A stretch of DNA of 64,000 nucleotides from Actinobacteria bacterium UBA7524 (GCA_002478275.1 DLMY01000009.1:18991-82990); one strand, 5' to 3'; shown: positions 42,510-52,513, numbered from the stretch's first letter. Notes: generated by a model not told the origin, from the letters alone. Made by a program: numbers and translations.

Positions 42510-43276
42510 AAGAGTCCTGCTTCACTGAAGCCAAGCCACGCCGCGACGAGCGCCAGAAAGACACCGAACCACAACTGCACGTGCCTGTCCGAGGCGAGGG
42601 TCGTCAGCCTCGCTCCCAATACCGCACCCGGCACGACGCCCAGGACGAGCATCAGGGCGAGTCGGATATCTACGTGACCGAATGTCGCATGTGCAATGGT
42701 CCCGGGCACGGCCATGATGGCGACGACAAGAAGACTGGTGCCGATCGCCCGTTTGACGGGCAAGCCGAAGATTCGGTAGAGGCCGGGAACGATGATGAGT
42801 CCCCCACCAAGACCCAGAAACCCGGAGTACAGGCCAGCCACCAGTCCGAGAGCGGCGGTACCCGCTCGAGAAGGTCTACGCGGGGAAGCCTCGGGCGCTG
42901 GCGCGATCCGCTTTCGACCAGCGGACCAGAGCATGTCACCGGCAACGTAGGCGATGAGTCCTGCGGTGATCAACAGCACCACCCGTCCACCGACAAGCGA
43001 GGCGAACCAAGCGCCCATGGCCGCCGTGAGCGCCCCCCAGGCGCCCACCCACAGCCCCAGTCGGACATCGAGCAGTCTTGCGCGGCCGTACGACACCGCA
43101 CCGGCGACGGCTGTCGGAATGATGACGAGAAGCGGCGTCCCCACAGCCACGAGTTCCGGGTAGCCGAGTAGTAGGCGGATAGCCGGCGTCGTCACGACGC
43201 CTCCACCGATACCGAAAGCACCAGACAGCGTACCGGCCACGAGGCCGACGACGGCCGCCATGAGCGGCCCGGACAC
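42506..43276 (-). CDS. TauE/SafE (TSUP) family permease
   Basis: GAFGIGGG, GFLGLGGG, AIGTSL. Confidence 0.9.
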   Translation of the reverse strand: MSGPLMAAVVGLVAGTLSGAFGIGGGVVTTPAIRLLLGYPELVAVGTPLLVIIPTAVAGAVSYGRARLLDVRLGLWVGAWGALTAAMGAWFASLVGGRVVLLITAGLIAYVAGDMLWSAGRKRIAPAPEASPRRPSRAGTAALGLVAGLYSGFLGLGGGLIIVPGLYRIFGLPVKRAIGTSLLVVAIMAVPGTIAHATFGHVDIRLALMLVLGVVPGAVLGARLTTLASDRHVQLWFGVFLALVAAWLGFSEAGLL

Positions 43277-43278
43277 GG

Positions 43279-44520
43279 TCAGTCGCCTCTGATCGTGGGG
43301 AATCGCCCTGTGATCGTGGTGCGATCGACCTGTCGCTCGCCGGTGAACAGCGGCTTGAGGGCGATGTCCTCCGAGATCCTATCCATCAGCATCGGCCACC
43401 TGCGCTGGAAGTCGAAGTAGTTCTGGCAGTTCTCCAAGGCGTAGGTGGACGCATCTCTCAGAGCCACGCGCGCGATGCGGAGGTACTGACCGCCCTCCTT
43501 GCGTGAGATTCCACGCAACATGGATGTCAGCATGGCTCTCCACACCACCGACGATCCGATGAATTGGCCGGGGAACGGCATCATCGACTCCGGCGTGACC
43601 TGTCTGAGGTCGACCTGCGACTTCGCGAACTCGATCTTTCGATGTTCGTAGACGAACCGGTACACGTCTTGCCGGAAATGCAGCGCTGCATTGGAGAGTC
43701 TGGGGGGATTGTGTATCACGTGCCACTCACCATCGAGGAAGACGTCCCCACCGTGCATCCTCGCGTTGATGACGTAATCGACGTCCTCTCCGCGCATCAC
43801 CCACGGATCGAAGCTGACATTGAAGAACATGTCCCGATGCAGCGCCAGGCAGCCGCCGAACGCTATCGTGCTCGTCTGGATACGTGGTGGCGCATCGACT
43901 CCCGCCAGGGCCTGGTTGAAGGCGTCGTTCTTGCGCCAGAAGACGTCCGCCCAGTGAGGAGTACTGTGCCGCTGATGGCGTCCTTGTTCGTCAACGTAGT
44001 ATCCGGACTTGGCGAGGATCATCCGGCCGTCATCGAGACGCTGGCCCAGCCCCTCCATCGCCTTTCGCAGGAAGGCGGTGTCGGTGATGATCTGGTCATC
44101 GTCGAGGAACACCGCGCTGTCGCAACCGAGTACCGCTGCGGCCATCAGTCCGACGTTGCGTACTGCTCCGTAACCGACCAGGCTCACTCCACGGATGACG
44201 TCGGCGAACTCGAGCTGCTCCAACCTGCGATGCAACGAGCCGAGCTCCGCCGGCCCGAACACGAATGCATCGATGCCCGGAAAGTCGGCAAGTATCCTTC
44301 GGACCCTGTCTTCCGCCTGATGCTCGATGCTCGGATCCGTCGCTGCGACGATCAAGACGACCTTCCCGAGACCCTCCACATCTTCGAGCGACCTCAGACA
44401 GTCAGGTAACGTGCCGTCGCTGTCGACGGGGGTGGGGTGGTCGTACACGGTCAGGGGATCCTCGGTGACGCGCCCCCTACGACGCGTCCAGAAAGTCGGT
44501 ATGATCACGCAAGGCGTCAC
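43279..44520 (-). CDS. GT-A fold glycosyltransferase-like protein
   Basis: IIPT, GYGAVRN, FLDDD, RGEDVDY; GTG start after GGAAGGTG. Confidence 0.7.
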   Translation of the reverse strand: MTPCVIIPTFWTRRRGRVTEDPLTVYDHPTPVDSDGTLPDCLRSLEDVEGLGKVVLIVAATDPSIEHQAEDRVRRILADFPGIDAFVFGPAELGSLHRRLEQLEFADVIRGVSLVGYGAVRNVGLMAAAVLGCDSAVFLDDDQIITDTAFLRKAMEGLGQRLDDGRMILAKSGYYVDEQGRHQRHSTPHWADVFWRKNDAFNQALAGVDAPPRIQTSTIAFGGCLALHRDMFFNVSFDPWVMRGEDVDYVINARMHGGDVFLDGEWHVIHNPPRLSNAALHFRQDVYRFVYEHRKIEFAKSQVDLRQVTPESMMPFPGQFIGSSVVWRAMLTSMLRGISRKEGGQYLRIARVALRDASTYALENCQNYFDFQRRWPMLMDRISEDIALKPLFTGERQVDRTTITGRFPTIRGD

Positions 44521-44603
44521 GAGCGCACCTTCCAGTTGTCTAATGCGCGGATGTCGAGCCAAGAACAGGGCCGTTAGAATGATACCGCTCTACGCCCTGC
44601 CCG

Positions 44604-45296
44604 TCAGTCATCGGCAAGATGCTCGGCGATGTTGTCCGGAGTCACGAGGCATCTGTCCACCGAGTCTTTGAGGACCGCATACGGTCGCGAGCCGGTCAAC
44701 AACTCGTTACAGATGAGGGCAGCGGGTGTGCCGTCGATACCGAGATGCAGTCCAAGATGACGAAAACGGTGAAGCCGGTCGGCGTAGGCATCTTGCTCCC
44801 AGACCTCCTCGGCTTCATCCCTCGAGAGACCCTCCCTGGCAGCTACCTCGAGCAACACATCCCGCGAGCCGATGTCCTCACCGCGCCCGAAGTAGGCCCC
44901 GAAGATCGCGTGATGGACAGAGCTGTGTACTTCGGGACCTTTGTCCCTGCCGAGTTCGGAAAGGGACATCGCGAGGTGGGTCTTCGGCAAAAAGGGGGGG
45001 ATGACCAGGGGGAAGCCTTCTCGAGCGGCAAGCGTGTGCAGGTGTTCCTCCACCCGTTCGGAGGCTCCGATGGCCTGGAGTTCACTGATCTGATAACCCT
45101 CTTCGGGCATGTCCGGCCTGAGTTCGAAAGGTACGAGGAACACCTCGACGTCCCTTTCCCGCGCAAGCATGTCGAACCGGAACTGGTCGACGTAGCAGAA
45201 CGGTCAAGCGTAGTCGAAGAACACAAGTACCCTTGGGACCACCACCGATGGCTCCGGAACCGCTTTCTCGTCTGGCAGCTCGTCGGTGTGAGTCAT
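44604..45296 (-). CDS. DsbA/FrnE-like thioredoxin-fold selenoprotein (Sec at codon 31)
   Basis: RBS GGAGGT, ATG 45296; ...LVFFDYA-TGA(45204-45206)-PFC in frame with ORF 44604-45170 (PFELRP, GIDGTP); SECIS-like hairpin follows. Confidence 0.8.
45171..45191 (-). promoter_or_regulatory. Candidate bacterial SECIS element
   Basis: GUCGACC-AGUUCC-GGU-UCGAC hairpin; apical loop 19 nt after UGA with G then U. Confidence 0.6.
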
Positions 45297-45328
45297 CCGG
45301 TACCTCCACGCCCGGACGGGACCGGGCC

Positions 45329-46342
45329 TCATTCGACCATGCTCAGTGAGCCTCCGCACCGGGCACAGGTCCCATCGCGTGTGTGCCTTCCGATTATCGT
45401 ATACCCGGAACGCCTCACCGCGACCGCTCCGCAGGAAGGACAGGTCGTGTCTTCACCTCCGGGCTCGTCCACATTGCCGAGGTAGACGTAGTCCAGGCCC
45501 GCCTGCTCCCCGATCGCCTTGGCCCGGCGCAGGGTCTCTATGGGGGTGGGCTCGAGGTCCGCGAACTCGAGATAGGGGAAGAAGCGCGTGATGTGCCAGG
45601 GAGTCCCGACGCCGAGGTCCTCGGCTATCCAGGCGGCCATCGAGCGGAGTTCCTCGACGGAGTCATTGACTGTCGGCACGATGTTGGTGACGACCTCTAC
45701 GTGCATCCCGTGGCGGTGTTTCGCTCTCTCGGCGGCACGCCGCACGTGCTCGGCCCCCGAGACATGACACAGTGTCCGGTACGTCTCTTCGGAAGCTCCC
45801 TTCAAATCCACTCGCCAGACATCTATCAGGTTCCCGAGTAGGTCCAGCCCCGCCTCGGTGATGTAGCCGTTCGTGACCATGACAGTGAACAGGCCACGCC
45901 GACGGCACTCCGCTGCGACATCGATGACGTATTCCAGCCAGATGACAGGTTCGTTGTAGGTGAACGCCACGCCAGGGCACCGATAGCGTTGGGCCATCTC
46001 GACGACCATGACAGGTGTCAACGTGTGCAGCTGGTCCGCATCCTCCTCGGGAGTGGCTCTGCTGATGCGCCAGTTCTGGCAGTGCCCACACTTCATGCTG
46101 CAGCCGACGCTCCCGATGGATAGGACAGCTGCACCCGGGTTGAAATGGAAGACCGGCTTCTTCTCGATGGGATCGGCCGCGATCGAAGCGATGCGACCAT
46201 AGGTCATGGCCGCCAGCGTGCCGTCCACGTTGCGCCGCACGCCGCAGATACCTGATGCACCCTCGCCTATCAAGCATGCATTCGGGCACAGGCCACATCG
46301 GATGCGATCACCCTCTGGTGCCCAGAGCTGTGCCGTGTGCAT
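45329..46342 (-). CDS. amrS: AmmeMemoRadiSam-system radical SAM enzyme
   Basis: CGLCPNAC, DPIEKKP, CSMKCGHCQN, FTYNEP, YVYLGNV. Confidence 0.88.
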   Translation of the reverse strand: MHTAQLWAPEGDRIRCGLCPNACLIGEGASGICGVRRNVDGTLAAMTYGRIASIAADPIEKKPVFHFNPGAAVLSIGSVGCSMKCGHCQNWRISRATPEEDADQLHTLTPVMVVEMAQRYRCPGVAFTYNEPVIWLEYVIDVAAECRRRGLFTVMVTNGYITEAGLDLLGNLIDVWRVDLKGASEETYRTLCHVSGAEHVRRAAERAKHRHGMHVEVVTNIVPTVNDSVEELRSMAAWIAEDLGVGTPWHITRFFPYLEFADLEPTPIETLRRAKAIGEQAGLDYVYLGNVDEPGGEDTTCPSCGAVAVRRSGYTIIGRHTRDGTCARCGGSLSMVE

Positions 46343-46351
46343 ACTGCCCCC

Positions 46352-48175
46352 TTATCCGGCCGACAACCTCACCTGGTCCCGGCCGGACTCCTTGGCCACA
46401 TATAGCGCCCGATCGGCGGCCTCGAGCAAGTCGAGTGGGGTGCCGTCAGGCACTCTGAGCGCTGCCACTCCTATCGAGATCGTCACGCTGATGGAAGGGG
46501 GATCCCCGTTCACGGGAACAGGCCTTCGCGCAATGGACTCCCTGAGCTTCTCGGCGACCGCGAAAGCGGCGGTCTTGTTCGTGGCAGGAAGAACAAGGGC
46601 GAATTCGTCACCACCGTACCTCACCGCGATATCAACATCGCGGACATCGGAGCACAAGGAGGTGGCGACCGATTTAAGCACGTGGTCTCCAGCGAGATGC
46701 CCGTACGTGTCGTTGACACGCTTGAAGCCATCGATGTCGATCATGAGCAGGGAGAGCGGTGTTTCGTAGCGCAACGCCCGTGCGACTTCCTCGACGATCC
46801 TGTCGTCAAATGCTCTTCGATTCCAGAGGCCCGTCAGTGCATCGAGAGTCGCTGTCCGTTCCAGTTCCTCGGCCACATTGGCGCAGCGACGGCGCTGCAA
46901 CGGGAAGCACATGTCCCAGCTCGAGTTCTTGTGGTAGATGGCCACAGCGTGTGCCTCACAGGTCTGGTATCCGCATGCCCCGCAGTCCAGCGTCTCATCA
47001 CGCGTCTCGAACTCACCTTCGGCGAGGATGAGGTCGATCTCCTCGGCAGGTGGTGTTACCTGATCGACTGGGGACGCACGGAACGACCTGAGTAGCGACA
47101 CCGTCGGCATATGGTCGAGTATCTCTCTGGTGGTCGCGTGCGACAGCGGCGCGGAGTCCCTCTCGGCGGCCATGATGTTGCGCTTGGCGAATACCGACAT
47201 CCCGGAGTTCACGGCGGGTCCGTCGATGCAGCCCTCGCAGTTGAGCATGTCGATGACCGCCGGCGCGGTCTCCCCGTCCATTATCGCTTTGAGCAGGTCA
47301 TCGAGCTGGCGAAGGCCGCGAACCTTCACCACCGTCTCGTCGATGGCCGTACGCTCGGCAAGCGTCTTGCGCGGAAAGCCGTCCGTGAGGGAGATCTCCT
47401 TGACCGGTTGCGGGCGCCTGGATCCCGCACGCGTACGACGACCGGTCTTCGGTGGCGCTCCCTGGAGCAAGCGCCCCAGTTCGGTGAAGTCTATGACGGC
47501 ATCGACAGCGCCCTCGAACTGAGGGTCGAAGGCCTCGTCCTTCCTCGCGTAGCAGGGCGAGACGTAGACCACCGCAGTACCTTCGGGATACATCGCCTTC
47601 ACGAGCCTGGCCTGGGCCACATAAGGCGGAACGACCGGCACGAGTGCACTTACGAGCCGAGGATAGAAGAGCCGGACCCAGTCGACCGCGACGGGACACG
47701 TGGAGCGGAGCGACAGCGGCGCACAGGGACGTGTGTGATCTCGCTCGTAGGCGAGCGCGACGAGCTCTTCGCCGAGCAGCGTGCTCTCCACCGCGAAGAA
47801 GCCAGCGTCTTCGAGCACGCGCTCGACTTCTTCGGGGGACCGGGGATGAAGGGCCGCCACGAACTCCGTCGCGAGCACCGCGACGACGGGGCGTCCACTG
47901 ACGAGCAGCTCTCGTACGCTGGCGGTATCGTCACGCACGCCATGCCCGCAATTACCGCACTCCGAGACGCAGAGGCCGCACTTCACGCAGCGTTCCTCGA
48001 TGATCTCGGTCCGGTGGTCCACTACTCGGATCGCACGCGCGGGGCAGTACCTCACGCAACCCCAACACTCGCGGCACGCGTCCTCATGGTTGGTGATCAG
48101 GAATCGGTCGGGTGCAGCAGAAGCCCCTCGCACCGCGCCGTCTGCCGGGCGGGTCATCTGTGAGCGATCACTCAT
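46352..48175 (-). CDS. Fe-S sensor diguanylate cyclase: ferredoxin + [FeFe]-hydrogenase-like + FeS + GGDEF
   Basis: CRECWGC..CP, CVKCGLC; STCP, SPCYARKDE, MLNCEGCIDGP; CGACGYQTC; DIDGFK, RDVD..RYGGDEF. Confidence 0.85.
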   Translation of the reverse strand: MSDRSQMTRPADGAVRGASAAPDRFLITNHEDACRECWGCVRYCPARAIRVVDHRTEIIEERCVKCGLCVSECGNCGHGVRDDTASVRELLVSGRPVVAVLATEFVAALHPRSPEEVERVLEDAGFFAVESTLLGEELVALAYERDHTRPCAPLSLRSTCPVAVDWVRLFYPRLVSALVPVVPPYVAQARLVKAMYPEGTAVVYVSPCYARKDEAFDPQFEGAVDAVIDFTELGRLLQGAPPKTGRRTRAGSRRPQPVKEISLTDGFPRKTLAERTAIDETVVKVRGLRQLDDLLKAIMDGETAPAVIDMLNCEGCIDGPAVNSGMSVFAKRNIMAAERDSAPLSHATTREILDHMPTVSLLRSFRASPVDQVTPPAEEIDLILAEGEFETRDETLDCGACGYQTCEAHAVAIYHKNSSWDMCFPLQRRRCANVAEELERTATLDALTGLWNRRAFDDRIVEEVARALRYETPLSLLMIDIDGFKRVNDTYGHLAGDHVLKSVATSLCSDVRDVDIAVRYGGDEFALVLPATNKTAAFAVAEKLRESIARRPVPVNGDPPSISVTISIGVAALRVPDGTPLDLLEAADRALYVAKESGRDQVRLSAG

Positions 48176-48761
48176 CTCCACCCCCAACCGCTCGGCCCTC
48201 GACCCCCGCACCGAGCGTTCGTCCCAGTCCACTCCTCCGCACCGCGATCGACAACGGTAGGCCCATACCATACACCACGACCGCCTGCCCGATACAGACG
48301 GTGACAAACCCGAACGCGTACATGGCCGGCCAGCTGCCTTCAAGATCGAGCCCGAGCACAGGGATCTTATAGAGCCCCAGTCCGGCCAAGATGAAGGGCA
48401 GGTATGCCGGGACGATAACCGCATTGCTCAGCACCGGACCCGCGAGAGCGAGCACCGGACGCTCGCGCATCCGCCACGTCCAGGCGACACCGATCAGTGT
48501 AGCCACCGAACCGAACACCATGTCGAGTAGACCGATCGGCCCGACCTGGGTCAGCATGAATCCGTTCGCCACCGCGGTGCCGATCGTCAGCCCAGGGAGG
48601 GCCGCCGGGGTGACGAGCGCGAGCACCGTGAGGCTCTCGCTGACACGGAGTTGTATCGGCCCCCAGCCCAGGTATCCCAAAAACTGCACCGCGACAAGCG
48701 TGAATACCGCATAGAGCGCGGCGATCACTCCCGCTTGCGCGATGTAGGTCGAGCGTCGCAC
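48168..48761 (-). CDS. queT: QueT-family membrane transporter
   Basis: IAALYAV, GPIQLRVSESL, GLTIGTAVAN, DMVFGS. Confidence 0.8.
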   Translation of the reverse strand: MRRSTYIAQAGVIAALYAVFTLVAVQFLGYLGWGPIQLRVSESLTVLALVTPAALPGLTIGTAVANGFMLTQVGPIGLLDMVFGSVATLIGVAWTWRMRERPVLALAGPVLSNAVIVPAYLPFILAGLGLYKIPVLGLDLEGSWPAMYAFGFVTVCIGQAVVVYGMGLPLSIAVRRSGLGRTLGAGVEGRAVGGGDE

Positions 48762-48852
48762 GTGTCTTGTCCCCCTCGGTCAGGCTGGTTCAGGGATTCT
48801 AGCAGGGCGACAGCCTCTGCGTCATCATCACGACAGCCACCCGGATCGGAGG

Positions 48853-50979
48853 TCACGCGGGCAGCTGCGGTTCGTCGCCCCGGGGCGTCATGAGCCCTGT
48901 TGCACCTGCCAGTGCCCTGCGGTCCATCGCTTCCAGGAAACTGTCCACGACGCCGGGGTCGAACTGAGTGCCCGCTCCCGACCGCAGTTCCGCCTTGGCC
49001 TGCGTGAAGGACAACCGCTTCTGATAGGGACTCTCCGACGTCATCGCGTCGAAAGCGTCGGCCACCGCCAGGATGCGCGCAAGCAGCGGGATGTCCTCTC
49101 CTGCAAGTTGCATCGGATAGCCGGTCCCGTCCCAGTTCTCGTGATGGTGCATGATCACGGGGGCGATGGCGTTGAGGAAGTCTATCTGCTCGACGATGTT
49201 CGCTCCGATCTGAGCGTGGAGTTTCACGCGCTCTCTTTCTTCGGGGGTCAATTTCGACGGCTTGAGCAGGATCTCCTCGGCGACGCCGGTCTTGCCGATG
49301 TCGTGGAGCAGGCCCGCGAACCTCAGGAGTTCGACTTCTTCGAACGGCAGGCCCATCTGCTCGCCGGTCGCCATCGCGTAGTCCATCACGCGGTCCGCGT
49401 GACCCGGTGAGGCGTGTTCTGTCGCGTCGAGGGTCGCCGAGAGCGCCGCGATGGTCTTCATCAGGTCATCTCTCGTGCGGACGAACACGGCCGCGCGCTC
49501 AAGCGCAAGCGCGGTGTGCTGGCCCAGGCCCTCGAGCAACCGGCGGTCGTCGCTGTCGAACAGGCCTTCACCGCACCCGGCGATGAACGCATATCCGACC
49601 ACGTTGCCCTGTACCATCAATTCGGACGCCATGACATTCCACTCAGGACACGCATCGGTCTGCGCAAGGTCGCCACGGTGCGTCACGAAGCGTACGGACT
49701 CGAAGGGGTCCGTGGCAACATCACGGCCGGCGGCCTCGGCGAGTATCGCTTCCACGTCCGACTGGGACACGTCGGCACAGAGCACCACGGTCGCATGGTC
49801 CCTGCCCCAACCCGTAAGCACGAGGCCGCCCACATCGATGTCGAAGGCCTTCTCCAACAGACTCGACGCCAGCTGGAGTACTTCTTCGATGTCCGCGGAG
49901 ATCCCAAGCGTGTTCGCGATCCCTCCGAGCTGGATCAGCTCGTACATCCTCCGCTCGGTCGCCTCATGCTTTCGGGCATTGGATATGACGGCTGCGGCGA
50001 ATTGCGCGTACTGCTCGATGAGAAGCAGATCGGCTCCGGACAGCCTGCGCCCAGGGTCTGAGATATTGAGATTGATCACGCCGAGAGTCTCTCCGCCGTG
50101 AACCAGGGGTACGCTCAACGAGGTCGCGATGTCTCGACCCGGCGCCAGTGAATGCTCGAGCATCGGATCGGCCGAGCCACTCACGAGCACGCCTCTGCCG
50201 GTCAAGGCCACCCGTCCGGCGATGCCCTCGCCGAGACGTACCATACGTCCCCGCGCCTTGCTGACAGCCGGCCCTCGAGGTGCGACCACCTCAAGCAGGT
50301 CGGTGCCCGGTCTGGACAACATGAGCGAACCACTGTCGGCGCAGACGATGGACATGCCGCGCTCAAGCACCGCTTCCAGAAGATCCGGACCCATGCCGCG
50401 CCGCTCTATGAAAGCCCGGCTTGCGCCGACGAACACTTCGAGTTCACGAGTTCGAGTCTGCCATGTCCGGTCATCGCATTCACGCCTGAGTGTCTCCTCG
50501 GCGCTGATGCGGGCAAGGTCCACGAGCGCCTCGATCTCGCGTCGCGGCAGGACTGGGATGCTTCGCACGATGCGCCTGGCTTCAGACTCGACCACTCCTT
50601 TGGCCAGGAGACGCTCGAAGAGCCGCTTGCGTTCCCTGGTCGAGGAGACGAATCCTCCGACGACGAGCGTTGCCACTTGATGGTCCTGATGAGTGATGGG
50701 GGCCACGTAGCAGCTCAGCCCGGCGCGACAGCCGATCTGGATCGAACCCGCCGCAAGATCGGGGAGCGGGTCGTCGAAGCAGGCTGCTGGAGCGGTCGCG
50801 GATTCGGAGACTGCGAGCTGACAGTAGCTGCAGTGCCCCGCAGTTTCGATCACGGAGCACGTCCCGAGTCCCATGACAGAGACAGCAAGACCCGTGGCAT
50901 CGAACAACGCATCCATGCCTTCACGCCAGGCCTTGCCTTTGAAAGCCGCTGCCAGGGTCTGCTGGTCGAGGTCCACCAT
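48853..50979 (-). CDS. PocR-GAF-GAF-HD-GYP phosphodiesterase
   Basis: PocR-like N-terminus (CSYC, CRAGL), GAF domains, HDIGK, HHENWDGTGYP. Confidence 0.88.
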   Translation of the reverse strand: MVDLDQQTLAAAFKGKAWREGMDALFDATGLAVSVMGLGTCSVIETAGHCSYCQLAVSESATAPAACFDDPLPDLAAGSIQIGCRAGLSCYVAPITHQDHQVATLVVGGFVSSTRERKRLFERLLAKGVVESEARRIVRSIPVLPRREIEALVDLARISAEETLRRECDDRTWQTRTRELEVFVGASRAFIERRGMGPDLLEAVLERGMSIVCADSGSLMLSRPGTDLLEVVAPRGPAVSKARGRMVRLGEGIAGRVALTGRGVLVSGSADPMLEHSLAPGRDIATSLSVPLVHGGETLGVINLNISDPGRRLSGADLLLIEQYAQFAAAVISNARKHEATERRMYELIQLGGIANTLGISADIEEVLQLASSLLEKAFDIDVGGLVLTGWGRDHATVVLCADVSQSDVEAILAEAAGRDVATDPFESVRFVTHRGDLAQTDACPEWNVMASELMVQGNVVGYAFIAGCGEGLFDSDDRRLLEGLGQHTALALERAAVFVRTRDDLMKTIAALSATLDATEHASPGHADRVMDYAMATGEQMGLPFEEVELLRFAGLLHDIGKTGVAEEILLKPSKLTPEERERVKLHAQIGANIVEQIDFLNAIAPVIMHHHENWDGTGYPMQLAGEDIPLLARILAVADAFDAMTSESPYQKRLSFTQAKAELRSGAGTQFDPGVVDSFLEAMDRRALAGATGLMTPRGDEPQLPA

Positions 50980-51010
50980 ACCTCCCGTACAGGCAAAACA
51001 TCTGTACGGA

Positions 51011-51038
51011 CTATCGGCAGCGAGCGCCGTGCGCTTGA
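51011..51038 (-). promoter_or_regulatory. Sigma-28-type promoter for the PocR-HD-GYP gene
   Basis: Minus strand TCAAG-N15-GCCGATAG about 30 nt upstream of ATG 50979. Confidence 0.65.
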
Positions 51039-51049
51039 ATCACCTGCGC

Positions 51050-52513
51050 TCAGACGCGGCCGCGAGGGAGCTTGATGGTGAACACCGAACCCACTCCCAC
51101 AGTGCTCTCGACCTCGATGCTTCCTCCGGCAGCATCGATGATCGCGCGGGCAATCGGAAGCCCCAGCCCGAAGCCGGTCTTCTCCGACCGCGAGATGTCA
51201 GAACGGTAGAATCGCTCGAAGATACTCTGTATGTCCTGTTGCGGGATTCCCTCACCGGTATCTGCGACCTCGATCATCACCATGTCGCGGCGACGGCGCG
51301 TCTTGAGCGACACCATTCCGGCACGGGTGTATTTCGCCGCATTGTCGACGAGTATCGCCACCGCGTCCTCGATGCGATCAGGGTCTCCGACCATGATGAG
51401 CTGACCTTCGTCAGGACCGACGAACTCCAGCCCCTTGGACATGTAACGAGTCGCTGCGGCGGCCAGCGTCTGCCGACACCTGGCATTCAAATCGAACCTC
51501 ACGTTGGTGAAGGTCAGTGCGCGCTCGTCGCGTACAAGGGCGAGCAGATCGCTGCATAGGCGCGCCATCCTGCGCGATTCCCGGTCAATCGCGTCGATGG
51601 CCTCATTCCTGACCTCCTGATCGTCAGCGCCCCATGCGCGCAAGATGTTGGTGTACCCCCGGATACCCGCGACCGGTGTGGCAAGCTCGTGGGAAGCATC
51701 GGCGATGAAACGCGTCTGCGCCTCGGACTTCCGGCGCAAGCGGTCGATCAACCCGTTGAGGGCACGGGCGAGGTCCCCGATCTCATGCTCGGCCTCGTCA
51801 GGCAGGTGGACGTTGAGTTGGCCGGCATCGACGGACTCCGCTGCGCGACGCAGGTCGTCGATGAGCTTCAGTACCCAACCCATGCTCGCCTGCATCATGA
51901 TGACCATGATCGACATCGCTGAGACCGCAAGCACGGTCATGGGCGTGCGAATCGCGTCAATGACCTGCTCCTCGCGCTCCGGGACGTACGTCACGTCCAT
52001 CACGCCGACCTCACCCGCCGGTAGCCCGACGTGCAGGTGGACGATCTGCATCGGCAGAACCGCAGGTCCCAGCAGCCCTCGCAGGGGATTGACGTCTTCG
52101 CGCGACACCCTCACGACTTCATTCTGGTGCAGGGCCTGCTCCCTGCCGGGAACCGCGCCCTCAACAAGCGCCTCCTCGGAACTCGCCCATACGAGTTCAA
52201 GCTCGCTGTCGTATATGGCCAGCTGCGGCTCGGACGACGTGCGTCCGGTATAGATGAGGTCGAGACGGCCCGCGATCTCCGAAAGAGCCGACGAGCCGGA
52301 CGCGTCCTCTCCGAGCTCGCCTTCCACCGCACGAACCTGAAGTTCGACGATGTTCTGTGAGACTCCGACGAACTGGTCGACGCGCTCTCGCGCTACGGAG
52401 ACCATGCCGTCGGAGACCACGATGTAGGTCGTCAGTGAGATGCCGCCCACGGTCAGTACCGCGAACAGCACCGACACGAGCAGCAGCCACGTCCTCAGAG
52501 AGGAGCGGCGCAC
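51050..52513 (-). CDS. HAMP sensor histidine kinase
   Basis: 2 TM, HAMP, DASHELATP, DNAAKYT, GFGLGL. Confidence 0.92.
   Translation of the reverse strand: MRRSSLRTWLLLVSVLFAVLTVGGISLTTYIVVSDGMVSVARERVDQFVGVSQNIVELQVRAVEGELGEDASGSSALSEIAGRLDLIYTGRTSSEPQLAIYDSELELVWASSEEALVEGAVPGREQALHQNEVVRVSREDVNPLRGLLGPAVLPMQIVHLHVGLPAGEVGVMDVTYVPEREEQVIDAIRTPMTVLAVSAMSIMVIMMQASMGWVLKLIDDLRRAAESVDAGQLNVHLPDEAEHEIGDLARALNGLIDRLRRKSEAQTRFIADASHELATPVAGIRGYTNILRAWGADDQEVRNEAIDAIDRESRRMARLCSDLLALVRDERALTFTNVRFDLNARCRQTLAAAATRYMSKGLEFVGPDEGQLIMVGDPDRIEDAVAILVDNAAKYTRAGMVSLKTRRRRDMVMIEVADTGEGIPQQDIQSIFERFYRSDISRSEKTGFGLGLPIARAIIDAAGGSIEVESTVGVGSVFTIKLPRGRV

Noticed and set aside
48762..48852. preQ1 riboswitch upstream of queT
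   Set aside because: No preQ1 stem-loop or A-rich tail; TGCTAGAAT is better read as an extended -10
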